64,000 nucleotides of DNA from Christensenellaceae bacterium (GTDB lineage: Bacteria; Bacillota; Clostridia; Christensenellales; Aristaeellaceae): contig JAFLST010000011.1 of assembly GCA_022510815.1 (NCBI GenBank), forward strand, positions 4,713-68,712. The letters are read 5' to 3'. A model generated the notes under the pieces. The model had not been told where the DNA came from. It made no database searches and saw only the letters and a program-made list of their open reading frames with translations. Made by a program: the position numbers and the translations under genes. Positions 21,614 to 32,088 of the stretch are shown piece by piece; the stretch's first letter is position 1, and every line of letters starts with the position of its first letter.

Positions 21614-23055
21614 TGCCTCACCTCCATCGCTTCCTCCAATGCCTGACCGACGCGGTAGAGCGTCGGTTCGGAGAACGTCGCGCCCATGAGCTGCAGGCCC
21701 ACGGGCAGGCCGTCCCGATCAACTCCGCAGGGCATCGACAGCGCCGGAATGCCCGCGATATTCACCGGCACGGTATGGATATCGCCCAGATACATCTCCA
21801 GCGGCGACATGGTCTTCTCGCCCAGCTTGTAGGCGGTTGTGGGCGCGACCGGGCCCAGCAGACAGTCGCAGGTCTCAAAGACGCTGTTGAAGTCGCGGAT
21901 CACTAACGTGCGCACCTGCAAGGCCTTCTTGTAATAAGCGTCAAAGTAACCCGCGGAAAGCGTATAGGTGCCCAGCAGGATACGCCGCTTGACCTCCGCG
22001 CCAAATCCCTCGCTGCGGCTCCTGACGTACAGCTCCTCAAGATCGGCATACTCCGCGGCCCGGTGACCGTAGCGCACGCCGTCGAAGCGGGCAAGGTTGG
22101 AGGAGGCCTCCGCGCTGGAGAGCACATAATAGGCCGGCAGCGCGTACTGCAAAGAGGGCAGGCTGACCTCGACCACCGTCGCGCCCAACTCCTCCAGCTT
22201 CCTCGCGGCGCGCATGACAGCTTTGCGCACATCGGCAGACAAGCCCTCGGCAAACATCTCCTTCGGCAGGCCAACGCGCAGTCCTTTGACCCCGGCGCGC
22301 AGCTCGCGGTTCATGGGCGTGTAGCCTCGCTTGACGGAGGTGGTATCCCGGCGGTCGTAGCCCGCGATGGCGTCCAGCACCAGCGCGTTGTCGGCGACGG
22401 TCTTCGTCATGGGGCCGATCTGATCGAGCGAGGAAGCAAAGGCGATCAGGCCATAGCGGCTGACCATGCCGTAGGTGGGCTTCATGCCGACCACACCGCA
22501 GAAGGCCGCTGGCTGCCGGATGGAGCCGCCGGTGTCGCTGCCCAGAGAGAAGGGCGCTTCCTCCGCCGCAACCACCGCTGCCGAGCCGCCCGAGGAGCCG
22601 CCGGGCACCCGTGTCAGATCGCGGGGATTCCGCGTCGGGTGGAAGGCGCTGTTCTCGGTGGTGGAGCCCATGGCGAACTCGTCGAGGTTCGTCTTGCCCA
22701 GCAGCACGCATCCGGCGGCGCGCAGCTTCTCCCACGCGGTGGCGCTGTAGGGCGGCACGAAGTTCTCCAGCATCCTCGAGGCGCAGGTGGCGGGCAGGCC
22801 TTCCACGCAGATGTTGTCCTTCACCGCCACGGGGATGCCATGCAGCGGGGACAGCCTCTCCCCTGACGCACGGGCCCTGTCAGCTTTTTCCGCCTGCTCG
22901 AGCGCCCCCTCCTCGTCGACGGTGATGTAGCCGCCGACCTTGTCCTCAACCTCATGAATCCTGTCCAGATAAGCCTGCGTGATCTCGCGGGAGGACAGCT
23001 CGCCCCGCTTCATGGCCTCGCTAAGCTCCGTCAGGGTCATCGAAACAATGCTCAT
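21610..23055 (-). CDS. gatA: Asp-tRNA(Asn)/Glu-tRNA(Gln) amidotransferase subunit A
   Basis: Amidase signature GGSSGGSAAVVAA. Start at MSIVSMTLTE after AAGGAGG. Confidence 0.95.
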   Translation of the reverse strand: MSIVSMTLTELSEAMKRGELSSREITQAYLDRIHEVEDKVGGYITVDEEGALEQAEKADRARASGERLSPLHGIPVAVKDNICVEGLPATCASRMLENFVPPYSATAWEKLRAAGCVLLGKTNLDEFAMGSTTENSAFHPTRNPRDLTRVPGGSSGGSAAVVAAEEAPFSLGSDTGGSIRQPAAFCGVVGMKPTYGMVSRYGLIAFASSLDQIGPMTKTVADNALVLDAIAGYDRRDTTSVKRGYTPMNRELRAGVKGLRVGLPKEMFAEGLSADVRKAVMRAARKLEELGATVVEVSLPSLQYALPAYYVLSSAEASSNLARFDGVRYGHRAAEYADLEELYVRSRSEGFGAEVKRRILLGTYTLSAGYFDAYYKKALQVRTLVIRDFNSVFETCDCLLGPVAPTTAYKLGEKTMSPLEMYLGDIHTVPVNIAGIPALSMPCGVDRDGLPVGLQLMGATFSEPTLYRVGQALEEAMEVRQ

Positions 23056-23069
23056 GGCTGTTCCTCCTT

Positions 23070-25145
<2,076 letters not shown>

Positions 25146-25470
25146 ACAAAACTTCCTCCTTATGGCCCGGCATGAAAAAACGCCTTCCGCCCCTTCTCTG
25201 GGGCGAAAGACGGTCGTCTCACGCGGTACCACCCAATTTTGCCGCGGTAAAGCGGCAATCTCATTCACAGCGGCCAACGTCCTTGTCGGCGACTGCTCGA
25301 AGCTGTCACGGGCTCCCCCCGTCCGCGTCTACTGGGCGCATGCCGTTCGGGCGGCGGCTCCAAGCTGTTCCTTCACCGGTCGATCCTGCCGCACTCGCAC
25401 CTTGACGCGGCTCTCTGAGAAAGATCGTTCACCGACTACTGCTGCTTTTCATAGCCTTTCTGTTCGGTTC
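25146..25470 (-). promoter_or_regulatory. T-box riboswitch leader of the aspS-gatA-gatB operon
   Basis: The minus strand reads AATTGGGTGGTACCGCG (complement 25221-25237). The AG bulge AGAGA and a distal loop with GGTGCGAG are present. The terminator is CUUUCGCCCC-AGAGAA-GGGGCGGAAG plus a U-run (25175-25215). Confidence 0.85.
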
Positions 25471-25477
25471 AAGGACG

Positions 25478-25506
25478 ATCATACCATCGCAGCAGCCCGT
25501 TGTCAA
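25478..25506 (-). promoter_or_regulatory. sigma-A type promoter of the T-box leader
   Basis: On the minus strand: TTGACA, 17 nt, TATGAT. Confidence 0.7.
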
Positions 25507-25539
25507 GCCTGTATCCAAAAAAAGAACACTGCCTGACAC

Positions 25540-25752
25540 TCAGCCCACTTCCTTGCCGTCGGGGAAGACAAAGCCCAGCCGCAGCTCCGCGCCCAAGGCC
25601 TTCGCGATGTCCTCCCATTCCTCCACGGTGAACTTGCCTGTTTTGATCCTGTTGTTCAGCAGCTGCGGCGACCAGCCCAACCGCCGGGCAAGCTCGGATT
25701 TTGAGATACCCGCATAGGCCGTCCCCAGATCAATCATTTTTCTTGCCGTCAT
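25540..25752 (-). CDS. small XRE/Cro-type HTH protein
   Basis: 70 aa with HTH ISKSELARRLGWSPQLLNNRIKTG. Adjacent to an AT-rich divergent region. Confidence 0.7.
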   Translation of the reverse strand: MTARKMIDLGTAYAGISKSELARRLGWSPQLLNNRIKTGKFTVEEWEDIAKALGAELRLGFVFPDGKEVG

Positions 25753-25929
25753 CTTATACCCTCCGACTTATAATGTAAGCTAAAATATTGACAATGTCAA
25801 CAAAATCTTTTAAGGCTTTTTGTATAGGTTTATAAGATATCATTGACAAATTAAACGAAATCATATAGCATATTATTGAGAAATGAAATTAAATTGTCAG
25901 CAGCCCCAGTGTTGCGGAAAGGATGAACC

Positions 25930-26283
25930 ATGAGAAAGGATTGCAGGAGCCTGTTGGAACGAATCTATGTCGGCGATTTTCTCCCTTCCGAGCTGATCGT
26001 CCCGCAGAATCCCGAATACGCGCAAACCGTCGAGGAATCGGAAAAAGAGATCAACGCGATCATCGAGATGCTGGGCAGCGAGGGCCGCGCCCGCATGGAC
26101 AAGGTCATCGCGCTCATGGGCGACGCGCAATACATGGACCTCTACGCCACCTTCGCCTTCGGGCTGCGCACAGGCATCCAGCTCATCTATGAGCTTTTCG
26201 CCAGCGAAGAGGTTTTGCCGTCTGACAAAAGGTCATACCGGCAAAGGCCCGGCTTTGCCAGCACGAAAAGAGGAGGGCTATGA
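25930..26283 (+). CDS. hypothetical protein
   Basis: 117-aa ORF with a GGAAAGGA RBS. Divergent from the HTH gene. No motif recognised. Confidence 0.45.
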   Translation: MRKDCRSLLERIYVGDFLPSELIVPQNPEYAQTVEESEKEINAIIEMLGSEGRARMDKVIALMGDAQYMDLYATFAFGLRTGIQLIYELFASEEVLPSDKRSYRQRPGFASTKRGGL

Positions 26284-26314
26284 AAGCCCTCCTCCTGCAA
26301 TGATCCGGGAAATC

Positions 26315-27973
26315 TTACTCCGCGGGAGCTTCCTCCACGCCGACGATGCGGCCCTGACCGTAGGGATTGGCATACTCTTCGCCAACGACGCCGCCCAGAT
26401 TGTCGCGGATGAAGGTGATCAGCACCTGATTGTCGAGCATGGTCTCGTCAAGCAGCAGGGTGCTGCCGGCCCACATGGTGAAGCCGTCGCCCTGATCCTT
26501 GAGCATGTAGTTGTGAGAAGCCAGCGTGTAGGTCTTCTCGAGATCGAGGGGCTCGTCGCCGATCATGACGTTCTTCACGCGATACTCGCCAGCCACACCG
26601 GTGAACAGGGTGTTCTCGTCCTGCGTGACGGTGGACTCGAGGTAGGTGTGAATCTCATAGGTCATGCCGGAGACCTGCAGGAAGCCGCCGTTCTCGCCGG
26701 GGAAGGCATGAGCGCCCCACTCCAGACCGTCGAGAATCTGCTGGCCGGTGACCTCGACCATGCACAGGGCATTGCCGAAGGGATGCACCTTGTAGATGTC
26801 GTTCATGGTGATGTCGCCCGCGGGGATGGACACGCGGATGCCGCCGCCATTGACGATCGCCACGTCGGCGCCGGTCATGGCACGATAAGCGTCGGCGCAC
26901 AGGTCGCCGAGGTTGGACTCAGCGCTGCGGATGATGCGCACGCCGGTCTCGGGATCGTTGATGGTCAGCTCCACCTGACTGGTGGCGACGACTTCGCCCA
27001 GAACCTCTTTCAGCTCGTCGGTCGCGGCGACCACAGCGTCAGCCACGGTACCGGACAGGCCCAGCAGAGCGGGAGCGGCAATGTCGATGTTCCACTGATA
27101 CAGGCCGGTGGACAGCTTGCCGTCGGCAGAGATCTTCGCATAGCCGACATTGGCCAGCTTGGTGCCGCAGCCAGCGCGCAGAACGGTCTGGCCGTCCTTG
27201 TTCTTCACTTCGTTGCAGGATTCGGTCTCATGAGCATGGCCGTCGAGGAAGAAGTCGATGCCCGTGGTGTTCTCGATGATCTCGGTGGACATCCACGGAG
27301 AGCACTCAGCCTCGGTGCCGACATGGCCCATGGCCACGACGTAGGAAGCGCCCTCGGCACGGGCCGCGTCAACAGCCTCCTGCACGGCGGCGTACAGCTT
27401 CTCGCCGGTGTCGTCCTGCTTGAAGGTGTAGACGAAGTTGCCTTCCTCATCCTGGAAGTACACAGGGGTCGAGGAGGTGATGGTCTTGGGGGTGGTCACG
27501 CCGACGAAGGCGATCTTCACGCCGTCGAACTCCTTGATGACATAGGGGTCGAAGACCAGCTCGTCCTTGTAGGAGAAGTTGGCGGAGATATAGGGATACT
27601 GGGCCACGTTCTTGGCAAGGTCAAGGAAGTTGTCCATGCCATAATCGAACTCGTGGTTGCCGATGGTGGCGATGTCATAGCCGACGACGTTCATCAGCTC
27701 GACGAGCGCCTTGCCGCTGGTCATGGTGCCGACGGGTTCGCCCTGAATGGCGTCGCCATTGTCAACCAGCACGACATGGTTGCTCTTGGCCAGATTGTCG
27801 CGGATCGCCGCAACGCCGGCATAGCCCCAGCCCTGATCAATGCCGCAGTGCGCGTCACTGGTGAACAGGATGATGACGTCCTGCGTCAGGCCGGCTTCGG
27901 TGGCCTCTTCGGCCATCGCGGTGACGCTCAGGAGCATCATCATGGCCAGAAGCAGCGCAAGAAACTTCTTCAT
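26315..27973 (-). CDS. secreted bifunctional metallophosphatase/5'-nucleotidase (UshA-like)
   Basis: Signal peptide MKKFLALLLAMMMLLSVTAMA. Calcineurin-like motifs DNGD and GNHEFDYG, plus a C-terminal 5'-nucleotidase domain. Confidence 0.85.
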   Translation of the reverse strand: MKKFLALLLAMMMLLSVTAMAEEATEAGLTQDVIILFTSDAHCGIDQGWGYAGVAAIRDNLAKSNHVVLVDNGDAIQGEPVGTMTSGKALVELMNVVGYDIATIGNHEFDYGMDNFLDLAKNVAQYPYISANFSYKDELVFDPYVIKEFDGVKIAFVGVTTPKTITSSTPVYFQDEEGNFVYTFKQDDTGEKLYAAVQEAVDAARAEGASYVVAMGHVGTEAECSPWMSTEIIENTTGIDFFLDGHAHETESCNEVKNKDGQTVLRAGCGTKLANVGYAKISADGKLSTGLYQWNIDIAAPALLGLSGTVADAVVAATDELKEVLGEVVATSQVELTINDPETGVRIIRSAESNLGDLCADAYRAMTGADVAIVNGGGIRVSIPAGDITMNDIYKVHPFGNALCMVEVTGQQILDGLEWGAHAFPGENGGFLQVSGMTYEIHTYLESTVTQDENTLFTGVAGEYRVKNVMIGDEPLDLEKTYTLASHNYMLKDQGDGFTMWAGSTLLLDETMLDNQVLITFIRDNLGGVVGEEYANPYGQGRIVGVEEAPAE

Positions 27974-28161
27974 GGTAGGTTATCCTCCTTTTGTGTTGTG
28001 AGGGATACGGCTTCCAGCGTCTATTATAGGCTACTTCCAACGGATTTGCAAGATTGTTTTTCTAATCTGTTCGCATATCCGGCTGCCAATCGACAAAAAG
28101 CCATCGTCATGCCGTCCGGCCCGGACGCATACATTCCACCAGACACGGAAGGGGGCGCGAC

Positions 28162-28827
28162 ATGCGGCGGTCGTTTCTGCTGGCGCTCATGCTGTTCCTT
28201 CTGGCGGTGACCATCGCCATGCAGACGGGCGCGTCGGGAGAGCAGGGGGAGCCCTATATCATCCATGTGGACGTGGACAGCAAGACCCTGACCCTCTGGC
28301 AGGGCAGCCGTCAGGTGCGGCGCTACACCATCGCCACCGGCGCGTGGGACACCCCGACCCCCATCGGCGTCTTCCGCATCAACAGCCGGTTCAGCGGGGA
28401 GATGAGCGGCTTCGGCACCTGTTTTCTGGGGCTGAACGTGCCTTGGGGCAACTATGGCATCCACGGCACCAACAAGCCTGAGAGCATCGGCGCCAACGCC
28501 AGCCACGGCTGCGTCCGCATGCAGGTGAAGGACGCCGAGGAGCTTTACGCCATGGTCCCCAACGGCACGAAGGTGGTCATCGAATGCGGACCCTACGGGG
28601 AGCTGGGCGTGTCCCTGCGGCCCCTGAAGAACGGCGACCGATCCAGCATGGTGCGGGCCGTGCAGCGCAAGCTCCGGGCACTGGGATTCTACTACGGCTG
28701 GCCGGACGGCGTGTGGGGCGAGGCGACGGACAGAGCAGTGGCGGCGGCCCGCAAGGCATATGGGCTTCCCGAGGGCGAGGTGGATTGGGCGTTCTATCAG
28801 GCGATCGGCCTGACGCTGTTTGAATAG
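28162..28827 (+). CDS. L,D-transpeptidase (YkuD) with a C-terminal peptidoglycan-binding domain
   Basis: Catalytic motif SHGCVRM. The C-terminus VQRKLRALGFYYGWPDGVWG is PG_binding_1-like. Confidence 0.85.
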   Translation: MRRSFLLALMLFLLAVTIAMQTGASGEQGEPYIIHVDVDSKTLTLWQGSRQVRRYTIATGAWDTPTPIGVFRINSRFSGEMSGFGTCFLGLNVPWGNYGIHGTNKPESIGANASHGCVRMQVKDAEELYAMVPNGTKVVIECGPYGELGVSLRPLKNGDRSSMVRAVQRKLRALGFYYGWPDGVWGEATDRAVAAARKAYGLPEGEVDWAFYQAIGLTLFE

Positions 28828-28838
28828 GAGGAAGGGCG

Positions 28839-29741
28839 ATGAACTGGCAGGACACCAAGGCCTTCTTGATTCCCTGCTTCCCGGAGGAGGTGCGGGCCGA
28901 GCTGGAGCTGCTGCTGCCCGGCGAGCTGCGGGAGATCCGCGTCCGGGCGGACAGGCCCACGGTGCTCATCACGGCGGACAGGGTGGTGCCGCTGCCTTGG
29001 TCGCCGGGGCAGCATCAGGTGGAAGCGCTGGCGGAGGCGCTGGCGGAGCACGGCCTGTGCGCGAGAGCCGAGGAGACCCGGCAGGGATATGTGACCCTGC
29101 GCGGCGGACACCGGATGGGCCTGTGCGGCCGGGTGCACGGGCGAAACGGCGTGAGGCAGCTCGCGGCAGTGGGCTCAGTCTGCGTGCGGATCGCCGGAGA
29201 GTGGCCCGGCACGGCGGACATGCTGATGCCCCACCTGCGGCAGGGCCGTCTGCCCCAGAGCGCCCTCATCATCGGCCCGCCCGGTTCCGGAAAGACAACC
29301 CTGCTCCGGGACGCGGCAAGGCAGCTCGGCTCCGGCAAGGCGGCCTGTCAGGTGGCGGTCATCGACGAGCGCGGCGAGCTGGCGGCCTGCGTGGACGGGG
29401 TGCCGCAGCTTGACGTGGGCCACTCCACCGATGTGCTGGACGGCTGTCCCAAGGCACAGGCGGTGCCGTGGCTGATCCGTTCCATGGCTCCGCAGGTCAT
29501 CGTAACCGACGAGCTGGCCGATGAGACGGACGCCGCCTGCGTGCTGGACGCGATCGCCTGCGGCTCGGCAGTGCTGGCTTCGGCCCACGGAACCTCCATG
29601 CAGGAGGTTGCTTCCCGGCCCGCGATGGCGGCGCTGATGGCCCGGCGTGCCTTCGGCGTGTACGCGGTGCTGGCTCCCGAGGGCGGCGGGCGTGTGGCGG
29701 CGCTTTACGACCGCTCCGGCAGCCCGGTGAAGCCCGCATGA
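28839..29741 (+). CDS. spoIIIAA: stage III sporulation protein AA (ATPase)
   Basis: Walker A IIGPPGSGKTTLLRD. First gene of an eight-gene spoIIIA-type cluster. Confidence 0.9.
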   Translation: MNWQDTKAFLIPCFPEEVRAELELLLPGELREIRVRADRPTVLITADRVVPLPWSPGQHQVEALAEALAEHGLCARAEETRQGYVTLRGGHRMGLCGRVHGRNGVRQLAAVGSVCVRIAGEWPGTADMLMPHLRQGRLPQSALIIGPPGSGKTTLLRDAARQLGSGKAACQVAVIDERGELAACVDGVPQLDVGHSTDVLDGCPKAQAVPWLIRSMAPQVIVTDELADETDAACVLDAIACGSAVLASAHGTSMQEVASRPAMAALMARRAFGVYAVLAPEGGGRVAALYDRSGSPVKPA

Positions 29742-30229
29742 CCCGCGCCATGCTGGCTGTGATGGCAGGGATGCTCTGCGCGCTGGCTGGATGGCGGCAC
29801 GCGGCGGCGCTCAGAGCTTCAGCTGCGCGGCTCCACCGCTGGACGGAGGTGCTGGAGCATCTGGCGCTGATTCTCTCCGAGGGCACATCGACCCTGCCGG
29901 AGGCCTTCGAGCGGGCCGCGACAAGCCCCCTTGACCCGGACGAGCTGCTGCTCTCCCTCGCCGCCGACCTGCGCCGCCAGCCCTTGACGCCCCTGCCCTC
30001 TCTCTATGCTGCTCATGCCCTGCCCGGCCCCGAGCATGACGCGCTGGTCCGGCTCATGAACCGCCTTGGCCGCGGTTCCCTCGAGATGCGCTGTCAGGCG
30101 GTCTCCCAGACGGCGGAGGAGCTGGCGCTGCTGGCTCGTCAAAGCCGGGAGAGCGCCGACCGGGACGCCGCCATGTGGCGCAATCTGGGCTTCATCGGCG
30201 GGGCCTGCCTGACCCTGATGCTCTTGTAA
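29738..30229 (+). CDS. spoIIIAB: stage III sporulation protein AB
   Basis: 163 aa with N- and C-terminal TM spans. Called by position and size within the operon, with a 4-nt overlap with AA. Confidence 0.75.
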   Translation: MTRAMLAVMAGMLCALAGWRHAAALRASAARLHRWTEVLEHLALILSEGTSTLPEAFERAATSPLDPDELLLSLAADLRRQPLTPLPSLYAAHALPGPEHDALVRLMNRLGRGSLEMRCQAVSQTAEELALLARQSRESADRDAAMWRNLGFIGGACLTLMLL

Positions 30230-30241
30230 CGGAGGACAACC

Positions 30242-30439
30242 ATGCAACTCGATCTTCTCTTCCAGATCGCCGGAGTCGGCGTGCTGACCACGGTCATCGC
30301 GGCCATCCTGACGCGCTCGGGCCGGGACGAGCTGGCGACGCTCTCGACGGTGGCCGGTCTGGCCATCGTGCTGCTGATGGTGCTCGACCTGCTCTCGGAG
30401 CTGTTCACCAATGTCCGGACGATCTTTCAGCTCTATTGA
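30242..30439 (+). CDS. spoIIIAC: stage III sporulation protein AC
   Basis: 65-aa two-TM protein: FQIAGVGVLTTVIAAILTRSGRDELATL... Confidence 0.85.
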   Translation: MQLDLLFQIAGVGVLTTVIAAILTRSGRDELATLSTVAGLAIVLLMVLDLLSELFTNVRTIFQLY

Positions 30440-30455
30440 CCGGTGAGGCGGATGA

Positions 30456-30842
30456 ATGGATTACTTGAAAATCGCGGCGCTGGCGGTGAGCGCAGCCGTC
30501 ATGGCGCTGATCATCCGGCGCATCCGACCCGAGCTGGGCATGACGCTGACCCTCTCCGCCGGGGCGCTGGTAATGCTGCTGGCGCTGCCGGCCCTCGCGC
30601 GGCTCATCGGCGGGCTGTCAGCGCTGGCTCAGACGGGCGGTGTGTCGAACCAGTACACGGCGCAGCTCCTCAAGGTGGCAGGGGTATCCCTGCTGATGGA
30701 CTTCGCCGCCCAGACCTGCCGGGACGCCGGAGAGGAGGGGCTTGCCATGAAGGCCGAGCTGGCCGGGCGCGTCATGCTGCTCACCCTCGCCCTGCCCTCC
30801 ATGCAGACGCTGCTCACGCAAATATTATCCTTGTCGCCGTAG
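30456..30842 (+). CDS. spoIIIAD: stage III sporulation protein AD
   Basis: 128-aa polytopic protein with ...LLKVAGVSLLMDFAAQTCRDAGEEGLA... Confidence 0.85.
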   Translation: MDYLKIAALAVSAAVMALIIRRIRPELGMTLTLSAGALVMLLALPALARLIGGLSALAQTGGVSNQYTAQLLKVAGVSLLMDFAAQTCRDAGEEGLAMKAELAGRVMLLTLALPSMQTLLTQILSLSP

Positions 30843-30865
30843 CGCTCCTGCTGCTCCTGCCGGGC

Positions 30866-31948
30866 ATGGCGCTGGCGGAGTCCCTGACGGACAGCATCGG
30901 ACAGGTGATTCAGGGCCTTGACACCACCGCGCTGGAGGAAGCCCTCCGGCAGGGTGATCCCTTCGCGGCGACGGGCGGCTTCCGGTCGACGCTCATGGCC
31001 ATCGCGCGGGGCGAATTGTCGCTGGACTTTCAGCAGGTCATCTCCCTGCTGACGGGGCGCTTCCTCGCGGCGGCGCAGTCCTCTGTGTGGCGGCTGACGC
31101 GGCTGGCGGCCCCAGCGATGGTCTGGAGCCTGCTGCGGCGGCTGACAGGCAAGTCGGGCGAATCCGGCAAGGCGGTATGCCTGCTGCTGGTGTGCGTCTT
31201 CCTGACGCAGGATCTCTCCGAGCACATCGCCCTGTGCCGCCAGTCGGTCACGCGGATGTCCAGCGGCATGCAGGGACTGTTCCCGCTGCTGCTGACGATG
31301 ATGGCGGCAGTGGGCGGCTCGGCAGGCTCGGCGCTGATGCAGCCCGCGGTGGTGGCCTCCGCCAGCGCGATCACCGGCGTCATCGAGCGGGTCACGCTCC
31401 CCTTGGCCACCGCCGCCGCCATGCTGACCATGCTCTGCCGTCTGGGCGAGGGCATCCGCCTGAACCGCTTGTCCGAGCTGGCACAGCAGGCCGCGAACTG
31501 GACGCTGGGCATCTGCTTCACGGTATTCATCGGCGTGCTGACCACCCGCAGCGTCACCGCGGCAGCCCTCGACGGCGTGACCCTGCGCACCGCCAAGTAT
31601 GCCATGAGCAACTTCATCCCGGTGGTCGGCGGGCTGTTCGCTGATACGGTGGACACGCTCATCGGCTCGAGCCTGCTGGTGCAGGGCGCGCTGGGTGTGA
31701 CAGGCCTGATGATGATCGCCGCCTGGACCCTCGGGCCCCTCTGCCAGACCCTTGCCGCCGCCATGATGTACAAGCTGGCCGCGGCGCTGATGCAGCCCGT
31801 GTCCGACGGCGAGCTGGGCGGCTGCATCCACGACTTCTCCAAGGTGCTCATGCTCCTGTTCATCATCCAGCTCTGCACTGCCGCCATGTTCCTCATGCTG
31901 ATCGCCCAGCTCATCGCCGTCAGCGGGATGACGATGATGCTGCGGTAG
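30866..31948 (+). CDS. spoIIIAE: stage III sporulation protein AE (start uncertain)
   Basis: Polytopic membrane protein. The first in-frame ATG is at 30866. The hydrophobic leader NIILVAVALLLLLPG lies upstream with only ATT/ATC codons available. Confidence 0.8.
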   Translation: MALAESLTDSIGQVIQGLDTTALEEALRQGDPFAATGGFRSTLMAIARGELSLDFQQVISLLTGRFLAAAQSSVWRLTRLAAPAMVWSLLRRLTGKSGESGKAVCLLLVCVFLTQDLSEHIALCRQSVTRMSSGMQGLFPLLLTMMAAVGGSAGSALMQPAVVASASAITGVIERVTLPLATAAAMLTMLCRLGEGIRLNRLSELAQQAANWTLGICFTVFIGVLTTRSVTAAALDGVTLRTAKYAMSNFIPVVGGLFADTVDTLIGSSLLVQGALGVTGLMMIAAWTLGPLCQTLAAAMMYKLAAALMQPVSDGELGGCIHDFSKVLMLLFIIQLCTAAMFLMLIAQLIAVSGMTMMLR

Positions 31949-31974
31949 GAGGCGACGAGGGACACAGGAAAACA

Positions 31975-32031
31975 GCGGGAGGCGGCTTTCAGGCTGAAAG
32001 CCCCTCCCGCACCCTCCCGAAAGGCGGCGAC
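31975..32031 (+). repeat. structured intergenic repeat, copy 1
   Basis: gcgggaggcggctttcag/gctgaaagcccctcccgc hairpin followed by ccctcccgaaaggcggcgac. A second copy lies at 48389..48451. Confidence 0.7.
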
Positions 32032-32088
32032 CCACAAGACGCTTGTCTGCTCTTATCAACATCCTGATTCTGCGACAGGAGGTACGTC

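Noticed and set aside
25355-25380. Alternative T-box specifier triplets GGA or GAA in GUGAAGGAACAGC
   Set aside because: The specifier should sit at the 3' end of the loop, directly before a conserved purine and the lower helix. Only AAC-A fits that position. GGA (Gly) or GAA (Glu) also make no sense for an aspS-gat operon. This still needs confirmation by covariance-model alignment.
26189-28210. 673-aa ORF on the + strand
   Set aside because: It is antisense to the 5'-nucleotidase gene and is a shadow ORF.
30443-30865. N-terminal 141 codons of the 501-aa ORF assigned to spoIIIAE
   Set aside because: This part overlaps spoIIIAD in another frame and translates to an Arg/Ala/Gly-rich sequence. 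The real SpoIIIAE begins near 30824-30866.
30629-32062. 477-aa ORF on the - strand
   Set aside because: It is antisense to spoIIIAE and is a shadow ORF.
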